Positions 62,851-64,000 of a stretch of 64,000 nucleotides of DNA are shown here, one piece after another (within the stretch, counting starts at the first letter, position 1; every line of letters begins with the position of its first letter). The translations under genes and the position numbers were made by a program. The notes beneath the pieces are model-generated. The model was not told where the DNA came from. It saw only the letters and a program-made list of their open reading frames with translations, and did no database searches. This DNA comes from Macrostomum lignano (Eukaryota): positions 55,794 to 119,793 of the forward strand of contig NIVC01003094.1 in the NCBI GenBank assembly GCA_002269645.1, given 5' to 3'.

Positions 62851-62947
62851 CCATAGACACCATTAACGCCCGCTAATGTCGCTAACCGCCCGGAATTCCG
62901 CCCGGCAGATGAAATGTTCTTTTGACCACAGCGATTATCGTCTATGG
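62851..62947. mobile_element. 97-bp putative MITE with CCATAGAC terminal inverted repeats
   Basis: CCATAGAC at 62851-62858 and GTCTATGG at 62940-62947; no TSD seen. Confidence 0.35.
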
Positions 62948-63399
62948 CAGTAAGTGGGGGCTTAGCCGCATGGATGAATGGTTTTATTCATCTATGCTTC
63001 GCCCCACAGCTTCCATTATGGGACTCTGCCCCCACACCCCCGGCCCTTGCTATGAAGTGTAGCGTCGGGCAAAGATGTCTATGGTATAATATCATTGATA
63101 CCCAGGCGTTAATAAGAAACCTTTTTGCAAGTGAATTCGCCCAAGCTGCAAAACCTTTTATCCACTATAGTGCTTTCTTAGGGAGCTAAATGTACAGTCT
63201 GGTAGATAATGCCATAGACAGCTGCGTTCATGTATAAACTTTTCTATAGAAAACAGCGCGAAACAAAGTGTCAATGTTAGAATGTTAACTATGATCCACT
63301 TGTCTATAGGATTAATCGATAAATTTGGGCTTGCCGCTATTAGGCTAACACAACAGTATAACGCAACATACATTGTTAGCAAGATACTAGCGATTGGGG

Positions 63400-64000
63400 T
63401 GGACGGAGGCCTGGAGAGTAGAGTAGAAAATAGCCTGACCCGGAGCAAGCTGACGTCGATTTAAACATAACAGCGACAACTTTTCTCTCCAAAGCGCCGT
63501 GAAATCTCTACCGAGGTGATGGTTGGTTCGAAGGCGAAGCCTCATCAAATTGCTATTTATTGGGCGTGGACATCTGCAACACTGGATGTCAAGTCCTTGT
63601 ACGCGAATATTGGTGCCCAACAATTCAGTCATGCATCCGCCTTCATATACAAATTACTTTTGAGGTCAGCTGCCTAGCGCATCAGTAAGTATGCAAAGCT
63701 CACAGAGTTCATTTCCGTCAACTCGCGTCTATCTTTATCCAATTTCTCGCCACTCTGTTTATTCAAGAGCTATTAAAGTTGCGCCCCGATCTGCCTGCAG
63801 ATTTTATGCAGCTCTTGCTGTTCCATCATCCTCCAGTCTGTTGACATTGTTTAAGTACTTTCCCCGTTGGTTTTTCAAACCTCAACGCATCGCGAGGCGA
63901 GCATGGCTGCTGGCGGGCTGGCAGTGTCAACAAGGGGCTTCGGCGATAACGTGAGGATTTTCGTGCATTTGGTGGGTAGCTCTGCAGCTACAACTGTATT
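63400..64000 (+). mobile_element. Degenerate Penelope-like RT relic
   Basis: ATLDVKSLYANIG at 63576-63614 resembles the Penelope LDVxSLYTNIP motif; downstream motifs only faintly recognisable. Confidence 0.45.

Overview
Eukaryotic (animal) genomic DNA with no prokaryotic features. GC-rich Ala/Gln/Pro-rich exons sit among AT-rich spacers and many minisatellites; this style suggests a flatworm such as Macrostomum (inference only). Genes I can build by hand with phase-consistent splice sites: an LRR + ZU5 (PIDD-like) gene broken by an (AC)n frameshift (8.8-11.5 kb, +); a low-complexity orphan gene (13.2-18.4 kb, +) whose intron holds a 2.07-kb LTR element encoding only Gag + protease; a co-oriented minus-strand housekeeping cluster Elp2 > EXOSC4/Rrp41 > DUSP > BABAM1 > Pus10 (39.4-20.5 kb) with splice acceptors just upstream of the starts (operon/trans-splicing-like; Elp2 has no genomic ATG); a SAMD1-like WH+SAM gene (44.6-46.2 kb, -); and a class A peptide GPCR (61.6-62.8 kb, -). 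Mobile DNA: RTE-type LINE fragments, two tRNA-head SINE families, a probable non-autonomous Helitron with repeated 3' ends, foldback elements with 7-bp TSDs, a 36-bp palindrome with an 8-bp TSD, and very degenerate Gypsy- and Penelope-like relics. All family assignments come from motif recognition by eye; no searches were run.
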